Shown here: positions 21,001 through 29,071 of the stretch, piece by piece
Layout of the letters: every line of letters starts with the position of its first letter
How positions within the stretch are numbered: the stretch's first letter is position 1
Assembly: GCA_947630235.1 (NCBI GenBank)
Contig: CANRGN010000004.1
Coordinates: forward strand, 3,458 to 67,457
Direction of reading: 5' to 3'
Origin: an uncultured Clostridia bacterium
Lineage (GTDB): Bacteria; Bacillota; Clostridia; TANB77; CAG-508
DNA: 64,000 nt
Program-made: the position numbers and the translations under genes
Notes under the pieces: model-generated
Told to the model about the DNA's origin: nothing
Seen by the model: only the letters and a program-made list of their open reading frames with translations
Databases searched by the model: none

Positions 21001-23132
21001 GAAGCTATATAACCAAAATAGAATATACATTAGCTGGAAGAAAATATGAAACAGAAACGATAACTAATTGGATAATGCCAAATGATTATTTTACATATAA
21101 AATGGTAAGTAACAAAGAAAATACGATAGTAATAACAGGAATAAATGAAAAATATATATCACCAGAGATATTGTATATACCAGGTGAATATAATGGATAT
21201 AGGGTGAAAAGAATAGGATATAATTCTGTTAATTCAGGTGATAGTAATAATGGTAAATTTAAAAATATAGATAATGTAATATCAATAGAAATATCAGAAG
21301 GTATAGAAGAGATAGGAGCATATACATTTTTTAATTATTCAAAAATTCAAAAAGTTAATTTTCCATATACAATAACATATATAGGAAAACAAGCATTTTA
21401 TAATTGTAGTAAATTAGAAAGTATAGATTTGAGTGAAACACAAATAACAACTATAGGAGATGGTGCATTTAGTTCTTGTAGTAATTTAGAAAGCATAGAT
21501 TTGAGCGAAACACCACTAACAACTATAGGAAGCTCATTTAGTTCTTGTAGAAAATTAGAAAGTATAGATTTAAGTAAAACCCAATTAACAACTATAGGAA
21601 GTAATGCATTTTATAATTGTAGTGGATTATCAAATATAGATTTACCAAATAGTGTAACCAGTATAGGAAATACAGCATTTCGTGATTGTAGTAAATTAGA
21701 AAGAATAGATTTGAGTAAAACCCAAGTAACAACTATAGGAAGTTCTGCATTCGAATCATGCAATAAATTAAAAAGTGTAGGTGAGATACCAAATAGTTTA
21801 GAAAGCATTGGTAGTCGAGCATTTAGAAGAAGTGGATTGCAAGAGATAGATTTAAGCAATTGCAAAGTAACAAAATTAGAAGGTAGTATGTATGATTATG
21901 GTAATCTGTATGGTGTTTTTTCTGAATGTAAGAGTCTAGAGAAAGTAAAGTTACCTAAGAATTTAACTATAATAGGTAATTCTACATTTGGAAGTTGTAG
22001 TAATTTAACTAGTGTATATATATATAATAATGTAATAAGAATAGATGCAAATGCATTTTATGGATGTAGTAGCTTAACAAGTATAGAAATACCAAATAGT
22101 GTAACAACTATAGGAGATTATGCTTTTAGAGGATGCAGTGAATTATTAGGTATAGAACTACCAGATAGTGTGACAAGCATAGGAAATTCTGTATTTAATG
22201 GATGTAGTAATTTATCAAATATAAATGTAGTAGAAGAAAGTAAATATTATATTAGTGTAGATGGAATATTATATGATAAAGAAATGACAACGTTAATACT
22301 GTATCCTGGAGGAAAAATAGATAAAACTGAATTTTCGATACCAAGTAGTGTAACAACTATAGTAGATTCTGCATTTTATGGTTGTAGTAGCTTAACAAGT
22401 ATAAAAGTTCCGAATAGTGTAACAAGTATAGGAGCTTATGCATTTTATAAGTGTAGTGTTTTAGATAGTATGGATTTAAGTGAAACACATATAACAAGTA
22501 TAAGTAATAATTCATTCGAAAGTTGTAGTAAACTATCAATAGTAAAGTTACCTGATGGAGTAATAAGTATAGGCTCTGATGCATTCGAAAGTTGTAGTAA
22601 ATTATTAAGTATAGAAATACCAAATAGTGTAACAAGTATAGGAACAGATGCATTTTTTAATTGTAGTAGCTTAGAAAGTATTGATTTAAGTAAAACGAAG
22701 ATAACAAGTATAGCAACAAGGGCTTTTGAGTGGTGTAGAAAATTAAAAAGTATAGAACTACCAAGTAGCGTAATAAGTATAGGAAATTCTGCATTTGATG
22801 GTTGTACAAATTTAGAAAGTATAGATTTAAGTAAAACAAAGATAACAAGTATAGGAAGTTCTACATTTTCTGGATGTAGTAATTTAGTAAGTATAGATTT
22901 AAGTAAAACAAAGATAACGAGTATAGAAACTTCTACATTTTATAGTTGTAAAAATTTAGCAAGTATAGAAATCCCAAATAGTGTAACAAGTATAGGAAAT
23001 TTTGCATTTAATAGTTGTAATAACTTAACAACAATAAAATTCTACGGAACAAAAGAAGCATTTGAAGCAATCACTGTAGGTTCAGATAATACTCCTTTCA
23101 CTAGTGCACAAGTAGAATATATCTCAGAATAA
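15054..23132 (+). CDS. Giant (2692 aa) secreted adhesin: Asn/Asp/Glu-rich linker, several Cna-B/SpaA-type domains, and a C-terminal BspA/TpLRR-type leucine-rich repeat array
   Basis: RBS gaagggagg. The N-terminal signal is IISLVLVILIIFTSLPWDVIAYDD. Cna-B units include NLVITKTDATSGKKLAGAVFAIYD...GTYTIKEKVTPLGYE and GSVTLVKQDE...WGDYYLQESETVYGYDL. There are many (about 30) repeats of roughly 23 aa like IPNSVTSIGNxAFxGCSSLxSIDL. No LPxTG/SPxTG signal is present. Confidence 0.9.
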   Translation: MKNIKEKINKIISLVLVILIIFTSLPWDVIAYDDGLLNNNIEKVENSDILNIKEESLLDAENENVNSNMIDIENDSVDLNLADKEVANDNSNLLDKENVTENDNLNTNIIDDELSNETIENSNTNNQDTNLEDKNIIDSENISASNENNNISEMPSDNIDEILKLNVAQSSNTADIPNEMAGTGDGFKVQLRWGGTTAPKYTWNSEKSEKRVIKLTFYYQNEVAKKSYKKDEIKVTIPGIGKLNRSSIIKATDIAADVYGATELKRDWSYQYNSQTDTYTFFNNKEIEAGSTFNGSFEMLWQFSSRECVNGYVQNLKATLIDGDKTVETQELTLNYTSKRDEFNITKTAKSITSADGLSKYVEEGKTVSDYAWVQYTFKYGLKNEYSRALKTRYFIDTLPEGCVIAKDTNVIKNEDKTVSYRIDESSVLEGSTREYSIIVGYPESYMERTMDNTVYLYGTYKDETENVLLDKNTVSVQLEKIQDQLVGIVPGKNMTPDSVYKEALNGDINFSASLTATSTVSSENNEEYTITITDDLLEIYNETDDEEKYTRLDDDEYKFTSVTVPGKNNFVNANGYTIADGNYTVTIKALYKDNVSTRGLDKYEEVYKGAWGKDSITQTLEKEAVAIRVEVSGLLESIKSFNVTVKGVINVSENVKNSVYSNPKQIINYDFAELLDKDGKSLSYEIDYSDKRIEEIDSKIYGRKVSRNKDVIQIKEYTPAPGTYSAHADIEPFRVDENVEYFTTTLNYSVSVNNKDKKEIKEVEIYGVTGKDELETLIEKLKLTYSGLSFKNALSSDVDMIDYLEEKATINKNGKEISIKFDFSDNPIVSTNFSLGYKVDARLNYEEYYNSTDPTYNITTYAYLDNGGLNAQSTGTYNSKIMSTAVDSESILLALASHQQLIKMVKTKYSGEFVQEDAVSPVDSEYTYRLKLRNGYNTLEKTEFVDILEHAELTVVDGENPYKESEWYGKFKNVDTSYIESKNLVPQVYYANSTNPSESDWNLMTKNENGIWTAENQDVKAVKVKIESGIAENSIVYVDINMTSPKNTEVDKKTYNTYTISCEAVDLYTGLKSTYMKNLPSNVVEVRLVEKEYNLVITKTDATSGKKLAGAVFAIYDEDKEIKLGNITGILGDTVIKGLKEGTYTIKEKVTPLGYETIDDYTLTIKDGKYTLKCGEKVLQSEVLIDLQETIPTISIIIENHKKTGSIKIHKIDEYLTSEKEEVPLEGIQFDLLTTDGKVIYTDTTDENGYITFQNLEWGNTYIVKEKEKQNGYKLALENVYLSRLVIDKEVDIKNIRETGSVTLVKQDELDESIKLAGAKYKLYAEKDIYDKDGNILYNQGDYIQEAITNEQGEVTFDELIWGDYYLQESETVYGYDLSEEKYSFTISAENVENSIQFTEKEKRSKAKLQLIKVDEDGSFLPGAEFGLFKGNGDEDGDQIINRNVETGEEELTFTSPEATVDTYGWKQNDDGTWQSENYKKSNSTATMVSNEFTLKYDGKISFDWSVSSQGVSNDYVYYTIISEDIEKSIGGEETKIGGTTRGYGYDSLTYDRVVLQLEKGTYKIKFIYKKDDSSDSSLDSAYVKNAKVSYEQIEEFPNITDSNGLLNIEGLEWGEYYIQEIKPPQGYVIDNAKYRFSVNRETFKDGHKAVTTVSNVMTGEQISKIKNTRKRGKATLIKYRYDEEGNETTEALEGAVYELYSADGKIVNTQTENGEAVTEHTTNEEGKITVDNLDWGSYYFQEKQAPEGYSISDKKIAFVVNGKNVDFEQQLVAYDKQESGEIKINKTISAESIYNGHGNATFIFKIVGKDKNGIEKIVQYRTVTFTELDLENIDEHGNITKTITMQDIQAYTYEITEEANYRYELDVITPGKNASVDGNKGIIDLSQVTEKKEGEITFSNNKNNNSLLSDNGLITNSVQSQYYLIGISAEPKKDNYEVGNELTAEDFIYTLYYSGGQEEVKELREGITFNGKSTYSEEQIGSYITKIEYTLAGRKYETETITNWIMPNDYFTYKMVSNKENTIVITGINEKYISPEILYIPGEYNGYRVKRIGYNSVNSGDSNNGKFKNIDNVISIEISEGIEEIGAYTFFNYSKIQKVNFPYTITYIGKQAFYNCSKLESIDLSETQITTIGDGAFSSCSNLESIDLSETPLTTIGSSFSSCRKLESIDLSKTQLTTIGSNAFYNCSGLSNIDLPNSVTSIGNTAFRDCSKLERIDLSKTQVTTIGSSAFESCNKLKSVGEIPNSLESIGSRAFRRSGLQEIDLSNCKVTKLEGSMYDYGNLYGVFSECKSLEKVKLPKNLTIIGNSTFGSCSNLTSVYIYNNVIRIDANAFYGCSSLTSIEIPNSVTTIGDYAFRGCSELLGIELPDSVTSIGNSVFNGCSNLSNINVVEESKYYISVDGILYDKEMTTLILYPGGKIDKTEFSIPSSVTTIVDSAFYGCSSLTSIKVPNSVTSIGAYAFYKCSVLDSMDLSETHITSISNNSFESCSKLSIVKLPDGVISIGSDAFESCSKLLSIEIPNSVTSIGTDAFFNCSSLESIDLSKTKITSIATRAFEWCRKLKSIELPSSVISIGNSAFDGCTNLESIDLSKTKITSIGSSTFSGCSNLVSIDLSKTKITSIETSTFYSCKNLASIEIPNSVTSIGNFAFNSCNNLTTIKFYGTKEAFEAITVGSDNTPFTSAQVEYISE
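21280..23040 (+). repeat. Coding tandem array of roughly 69-nt (23-aa) BspA-type LRR units inside the giant adhesin
   Basis: agtatagatttaagtaaaaca / ccaaatagtgtaacaagtatagga recur with a period of about 69 nt. Confidence 0.75.
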
Positions 23133-23186
23133 AATATCATAAAAAACTCACTTATACAAATACCTCACAAATTTTTCCAAAAAAAA

Positions 23187-23219
23187 ATCTGGACAGGCAG
23201 TTAACTATCCTGTCCAGAT
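23187..23219. other. 11-bp perfect hairpin preceded by an A9 run (terminator-like, with polarity that fits the minus strand)
   Basis: atctggacagg-cagttaactat-cctgtccagat. The A-run at 23179-23187 lies upstream and no T-run follows on the + strand. Confidence 0.4.
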
Positions 23220-23274
23220 GAAAATATAAATAAAATTTCAAAAGATAAAATCTATTATTAGGAGGTGGATTCGA

Positions 23275-23919
23275 ATGAAAAAATTAAATAGTAAAGCAAA
23301 ATCAATTATAGCGGGAATTAGTGCATTAGCTGTAATAGGAATTTCTGGAATTGTTGCATATTTTACTGATACTGTAGAAGTAAAAAATCATTTAACAATG
23401 GGGATAGTTGATATTGATTTAAAAGAATATACGTTAAATGAAGATAATGAAAAAGTGGAATGGAGTGATAAAGTAGATATTGTGCCTGGGGAAGTGATTA
23501 GTAAAATACCAGAGATTAACCTAGTTAGTGGTTCAGTTGATTGTTACATAAGAGCTAAGGTGTAAATTAATTGTAGGGATTCTGAATTGCAAGAGAAATC
23601 TGAGATGTTAAAGTTGGAGAATCTTAATGTTGATGAAGAGAAATGGTTTTATTGTGAAGAGGATGGATATTTTTATTATAAAACTATTTTAACAGATAAA
23701 TCAGATCCAGTGGTGCTATTTTCAGAAGTTGAAATTCCAGCAGATTTAGATAATGTATGGTCATTAGAAGAATTTACTATAGATGTATCTGTAGATGCAA
23801 TTCAAAGTAAAAACTTTAAACCTAATTTTGAAGAGGGTTCAACTACTCCATGGCTAGGTATTGAGAAAGAAGATATACAAGAATGTATTTATCCAGAACA
23901 TGTAAAGTATGAAGATTAG
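23275..23919 (+). pseudogene. TasA/camelysin-like paralogue 3, interrupted by a single in-frame TAA (23563-23565)
   Basis: ORFs 23275..23565 and 23587..23919 are in the same frame. Together they align colinearly with the 33482 paralogue (DCYIRAKV*INCRD versus DCYVRVKIVVQYNG; ...VDAIQSKNFKPNFE versus VEAVQSKNFEPDYN). The N-terminus carries the canonical GIVAYFTD. Confidence 0.75.
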
Positions 23920-24077
23920 GATATTATTAAAAAGAGGGAGGAATGAGGAGGCTAAAAAAGAAAAAAATTTAGTAAATAATGCAATAGAAAGTATATACTC
24001 AGGAGATAAAATTTATTTTATGATTACTATATTAGTATTATGAATAGTAATTATAGTTATAAAGAGGAGGGATACTT

Positions 24078-24767
24078 ATGAAAAATAAAACTAAAGCGAT
24101 ATTAGGAACTATATCTGTATTAGCAGTATTTGGAGTAAGTGGAATATTGGCTTATTTAACAGATAACGATAGTGCAACTAATAAATTTGTAGTAGGAAAA
24201 GTTAAAATCGAATTGGAGGAGCCAAAATGGGATAAAGCAGAAGATACAAATAATAATAATATTCCAGATTATGCAGAAAATATTTCTCCAAATGCTAGGA
24301 TTCAAAAAGATCCTCAAGTAACAAATACAGGAAAAAATTCTGCATATGTATATTTAAAAGTTACTGTTCCAGTAAAATACGTAATTTCAGCAGAACAGGA
24401 TGGAACAATAACAAATAATGGTCAACAAGCTACTCAATTATTTTCATATACTCCAAGTAGTAAATGGACACAAATTGAATCAAAAAAACAAGAGAATAAA
24501 AAAACTAATGAAAGAAATGAAGAGATAATTGACTCTTATACATATTTCTATTATTACAATGAAAAATTAGAACCAGGCGTTACAACAGAGCCATTATTTG
24601 AAACCGTAGTATTTGCGAATGTAATAGAAGGACAAATAGATTTAGCAGATTTACAAATAGATATAGATGCCTATGCTATTCAATCAGATAATTTACCTGA
24701 AAACACAAATATAGAAGAAGCATTTAATATTTATTTAAACCAAAATAAACAAGAGGAATCTATATAA
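24078..24767 (+). CDS. TasA/camelysin-like secreted protein (paralogue 4)
   Basis: RBS agaggaggg. Motifs SGILAYLTDNDSATNKFVVGKVKIELEE and DPQVTNTGKNSAYVYLKVTVP. Confidence 0.8.
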   Translation: MKNKTKAILGTISVLAVFGVSGILAYLTDNDSATNKFVVGKVKIELEEPKWDKAEDTNNNNIPDYAENISPNARIQKDPQVTNTGKNSAYVYLKVTVPVKYVISAEQDGTITNNGQQATQLFSYTPSSKWTQIESKKQENKKTNERNEEIIDSYTYFYYYNEKLEPGVTTEPLFETVVFANVIEGQIDLADLQIDIDAYAIQSDNLPENTNIEEAFNIYLNQNKQEESI

Positions 24768-24778
24768 ATGAACGTGAA

Positions 24779-24827
24779 GTGAAAAAGTAAATGCAATTCT
24801 GTAAAGTAAATGCATTTACTTTTTCAC
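24779..24827 (+). terminator. 17-bp perfect stem-loop after the TasA-like cluster (possible terminator, no T-tract)
   Basis: gtgaaaaagtaaatgca ... tgcatttactttttcac. Confidence 0.4.
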
Positions 24828-24868
24828 TTGACGCTATATAAATGAAAATTAAAAAATTCTGAAAAAGC

Positions 24869-24896
24869 TTGACAAACCTACAAATTATGGTATAAT
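24869..24896 (+). promoter_or_regulatory. Sigma-A promoter upstream of rpoB
   Basis: TTGACA, 16 nt, then TGgTATAAT, about 335 nt upstream of the rpoB start. Confidence 0.6.
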
Positions 24897-25231
24897 AGAT
24901 ATGATTTTATGTCAAAGTTATAAAAAAGGAAGGTATGTATATGTTTTCTGTTTATTTTAAGCATGTTTATTTAAATAATTTTATATAAAAAAACATCTTA
25001 AAATAAAAAATATATACATATTTTCCTTTTTGTATTTTAATTTAAATCAAAATTTTTTTAATCTTGTATACAAATTATTTTAAGAGAGGAATTAAATAAA
25101 AGTGGAACTATAAATTCAACTTTTCTTTGGCAGGGGGAAGTAGTTTTTATAACAACCTTTTATTTAAGAGGGACTCTTAGAAAATTTATATAAATAAGCC
25201 TGCTAAAATTTAATAAAAAGGGTGGTAAGTT

Positions 25232-28200
25232 TTGGGAAAAGTAAATTTAAAAGATATCGAGCACGAGAAATGCGTACGTAAAACCTTTTCTAGAATAGGT
25301 GACTTTATCGATATACCTAATCTTATTAAGGTTCAAAAAGATTCTTACGAATGGTTTGTAAAAGAAGGATTAGGAGAAGTTTTAAAAGATATTTCTCCTA
25401 TAGTTGACTATAGTGGTAACCTAGTTTTAGAATTTTTTGATTACTACATGGAAGAAAAAACAAAATACAGTTTAGAAGAAGCAAAAGAAAGAGATGCTAC
25501 TTATGCAACAAGATTACATGTTAAAGTTAGACTTATAAATAGAGAAACAGGAGAAATTAAAGAACAAGAAATTTATTTAGGTGATTTCCCTCTTATGACA
25601 GATAGTGGTACCTTCGTAATAAATGGTGCAGAGAGAGTTGTAGTTAGCCAGCTTGCTCGTTCTCCAGGATGTTATTATGATTCTGTTTATGATAAAACTG
25701 GTAAAAAAATATATACTTCTACAATTATGCCAATTAGAGGAGCATGGCTTGAATATGAAACAGATAGTAATGATGTGTTTTATGTTAGAATTGATAGAAC
25801 AAGAAAATTACCTGTTACTTCATTATTAAGAGCAATCGGCCTTGATACAGATGAAAAAATTCTTGAATTTTTTGGAGATGAAGATAAATTATTAGCTACA
25901 ATTGCAAAAGATCCTATAAAAAATGCAGATGAAGCTATAATTGAAATTTACAAAAAATTAAGACCAGGTGAACTTCCTACAGTTGATGCTGCTAGAAATT
26001 TGTTTGATGGATTATTCTTTGATAGTAGAAGATACGATTTAGCAAAAGTTGGTAGATATAAATATAATAAAAAATTAGGCTTAGCTTCTAGAATAGTAGA
26101 TCAAATTGCTTATGAAGATATTATAAATCCAGAAACAGGAGAAGTTTTTGTTGAAGCTGATAATAGAATTTCTAAAGAAGTAGCTAAACAAATTCAAGAT
26201 TCTGGTATAAATGTTGTTAATGTAAAAGTTGATGATAAAAAAGTTAAAGTAATTGGAAATGGAACAGTTGATATTAGAGCTTATATAGATCCAAAACTTG
26301 CAGATGAATTAAAATTCAAAGTTGATGTTAATTATGGTATATTACAACATATTTTAGAAACTACTGATAAAAAAGATTTAAAAAAGGTTTTGGAAGAAAG
26401 ATACGAAGAACTTGTTCCAAAACATATTGTTACTGAAGATATACTTGCTTCTGTAAATTATTTATTAAATTTAGATCATGATTTAGGAAAAATAGATGAT
26501 ATAGACCATTTAGGAAACAGAAGAATTAGATGTGTTGGTGAGTTATTACAAAATCAATTTAGAATTGGTTTAACTAGATTAGAAAGAGTTGTTAGAGAAA
26601 GAATGACAATTCAAGATTTAGATGTTGTTACTCCTCAAACATTAATTAATACTAAACCTATAACATCATCAATTAGAGAATTCTTTGGAAGCTCTCAACT
26701 TTCTCAATTCATGGATCAATGTAATCCACTTTCAGAACTTACTCATAAAAGAAGAATTTCTGCTCTTGGACCTGGTGGTTTATCTAGAGAAAGAGCTGGA
26801 TTCGAGGTTCGTGATATTCACTATACTCACTATGGTAGATTATGCCCAATAGAATCTCCAGAAGGACCTAACATTGGACTTATCTCTGCTTTATCTACAT
26901 TTGCTAGAATAAATGAATATGGTTTTGTTGAAACACCATATAGAAAAGTTGATAAAGAAACTGGTAGAGTTACAGATGAAGTTGTATATATGACAGCTGA
27001 TGAAGAAGATGGATGCATTATAGCTCAAGCTTCAGAGCCAGTTGACGAAAATAATGTATTTATAAATAAAAGAATTAGAGTTAGACATTTAGATGAAATC
27101 AAAGAGGTTCTTAAAGATCAAGTTGATTATGTAGATGTTTCTCCAAAACAATTAGTTTCTGTTGCTGCTGCCATGATACCTTTCTTAGAGCATGATGATG
27201 CTAATCGTGCCCTAATGGGTGCTAACATGCAACGTCAAGCTGTTCCTTTAATGATATCTGAATCTCCAATGGTTGGTACTGGTATCGAATACAGAACTGC
27301 TAAAGACGTTGGAGTTATGATATTATCTGAGGAAAATGGTGAAGTAATAAAAGTTACTGGTGACGAAATTGTTATAAAAGGTGAATCAGGTAAAAAGAGA
27401 ACTTATACATTAAGAAAGTTCAAAAGAACAAATGGTGGTACTTGTATAAATCAAAGACCAATTGTTAAAGAAGGCGAATTTGTTAAGAAAAATGATGTAA
27501 TTGCTGATGGTCCTGCTACAGATAAAGGTGAAATGGCTCTTGGTAAAAACTTACTTATAGCTTTTGCTACATGGGAAGGTTATAATTACGAGGATGCTAT
27601 ATTATTAAATGAAAGATTAGTTAAAGAAGATGTTTTAACTTCACTTCATATAGAAGATTATGACTGTGAATGTAGAGATACAAAACTTGGTCCTGAAGAA
27701 ATTACTAGAGATATACCAAACGTTGGTGAAGATGCTTTAAGAGATTTAGATGAAGATGGTATTATTAGAATTGGTGCTGAAGTTAAACCAGGAGATATAT
27801 TAGTTGGTAAAGTTACTCCAAAAGGAGAAACAGAACTTACTGCTGAAGAAAGATTATTAAGAGCTATCTTTGGTGAAAAAGCTAGAGAAGTTAGAGATAC
27901 TTCTTTAAGAGTTCCTCATGGTGAACAAGGAACAATTGTTGATGTTAAAGTTTATACTAGAGAAAATTCTGATGAATTAGGTCCTGGTGTAAATAAAATA
28001 ATTAGAGTTTATATAGCTCAAAAAAGAAAAATATCAGTTGGAGATAAAATGGCTGGTCGTCATGGAAATAAAGGTGTTATTTCTAGAATACTTCCAGTAG
28101 AAGATATGCCATTTTTACCAGATGGAACTCCAGTTGATGTTGTATTAAATCCACTTGGTGTTCCTTCTCGTATGAACTTAGGTCAAGTTTTAGAGGTTCA

Positions 28201-28951
28201 CTTAGGAGCAGCTGCAAGACTTCTTGGATGGAAGGTTGCTACACCAGTTTTTGATGGTGCTTCTGAACAAGATATTGAAGATATGCTTGAAATGGCTGGA
28301 TTAGAAACTAATGGTAAAACAGTTTTATATGATGGTAGAACAGGAGATCCATTTGATCACCCAGTTACAGTTGGTGTTATGTATATGTTAAAACTTCACC
28401 ACTTAGTAGATGATAAAATTCATGCTCGTTCAACTGGTCCATACTCATTAGTTACTCAACAACCTCTTGGTGGTAAAGCACAATTTGGTGGACAAAGATT
28501 TGGAGAGATGGAGGTTTGGGCATTAGAGGCTTATGGTGCTGCTCATACACTTCAAGAAATTTTAACAGTAAAATCAGATGATGTTGTTGGTAGAGTAAAA
28601 ACTTATGAAGCTATTGTTAAAGGTGAAAATATTCCAGAGCCAGGAATACCAGAATCTTTCAAAGTTTTAATAAAAGAACTTCAATCTTTAGGATTAGATA
28701 TAAAATTATATAACGATAAAAATGAAGAAGTTGAAGTTAAAGAAAATGCAGAAGAAGGCGTTGTTAGCCTTGATGAAACTAATGATATAGATGATAGTGA
28801 TTTAGAATCTGAGAATTTAACAGAAGTTTCTGAGGATGATTTAGACGATGAAAATTTAGAAGAAGACTTCTATGAAAATATACTTGATGATGAAAATATC
28901 AGAGAAGAAGATATATTAAGAGACTTAGAAAATTTAGATGAAGAAGAATAA
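25232..28951 (+). CDS. rpoB: DNA-directed RNA polymerase subunit beta
   Basis: Hallmark segments [38 protein letters not shown] and [19 protein letters not shown]. Size 1239 aa. Confidence 0.98.
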   Translation: MGKVNLKDIEHEKCVRKTFSRIGDFIDIPNLIKVQKDSYEWFVKEGLGEVLKDISPIVDYSGNLVLEFFDYYMEEKTKYSLEEAKERDATYATRLHVKVRLINRETGEIKEQEIYLGDFPLMTDSGTFVINGAERVVVSQLARSPGCYYDSVYDKTGKKIYTSTIMPIRGAWLEYETDSNDVFYVRIDRTRKLPVTSLLRAIGLDTDEKILEFFGDEDKLLATIAKDPIKNADEAIIEIYKKLRPGELPTVDAARNLFDGLFFDSRRYDLAKVGRYKYNKKLGLASRIVDQIAYEDIINPETGEVFVEADNRISKEVAKQIQDSGINVVNVKVDDKKVKVIGNGTVDIRAYIDPKLADELKFKVDVNYGILQHILETTDKKDLKKVLEERYEELVPKHIVTEDILASVNYLLNLDHDLGKIDDIDHLGNRRIRCVGELLQNQFRIGLTRLERVVRERMTIQDLDVVTPQTLINTKPITSSIREFFGSSQLSQFMDQCNPLSELTHKRRISALGPGGLSRERAGFEVRDIHYTHYGRLCPIESPEGPNIGLISALSTFARINEYGFVETPYRKVDKETGRVTDEVVYMTADEEDGCIIAQASEPVDENNVFINKRIRVRHLDEIKEVLKDQVDYVDVSPKQLVSVAAAMIPFLEHDDANRALMGANMQRQAVPLMISESPMVGTGIEYRTAKDVGVMILSEENGEVIKVTGDEIVIKGESGKKRTYTLRKFKRTNGGTCINQRPIVKEGEFVKKNDVIADGPATDKGEMALGKNLLIAFATWEGYNYEDAILLNERLVKEDVLTSLHIEDYDCECRDTKLGPEEITRDIPNVGEDALRDLDEDGIIRIGAEVKPGDILVGKVTPKGETELTAEERLLRAIFGEKAREVRDTSLRVPHGEQGTIVDVKVYTRENSDELGPGVNKIIRVYIAQKRKISVGDKMAGRHGNKGVISRILPVEDMPFLPDGTPVDVVLNPLGVPSRMNLGQVLEVHLGAAARLLGWKVATPVFDGASEQDIEDMLEMAGLETNGKTVLYDGRTGDPFDHPVTVGVMYMLKLHHLVDDKIHARSTGPYSLVTQQPLGGKAQFGGQRFGEMEVWALEAYGAAHTLQEILTVKSDDVVGRVKTYEAIVKGENIPEPGIPESFKVLIKELQSLGLDIKLYNDKNEEVEVKENAEEGVVSLDETNDIDDSDLESENLTEVSEDDLDDENLEEDFYENILDDENIREEDILRDLENLDEEE

Positions 28952-29071
28952 TTTTTAGTTAATTTAATATTTTAAATAAATTAATTTATTTATCTTTATG
29001 TTATGTACAGCTGTGTAAAAATAAATTATGTAGTTTAAAAACAAAATTTAATTTAGGGGGCTACTTTAAAA

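Noticed and set aside
14951-22848. Numerous minus-strand ORFs inside the 15054..23132 gene: 14951..15421, 15118..15375, 17053..17253, 17698..17940, 18104..18352, 20062..20614, 21611..21865 and 22357..22848.
   Set aside because: All lie antisense within a strongly supported 2692-codon ORF. Their products are Leu/Phe/Tyr-rich, as expected from AT-rich antisense frames, and they have no RBS or motifs.
28720-28951. The highly acidic C-terminal tail of RpoB, about 75 aa, as an unusual extension.
   Set aside because: Acidic C-terminal tails occur in clostridial RpoB proteins. Without an alignment I cannot claim it is atypical.
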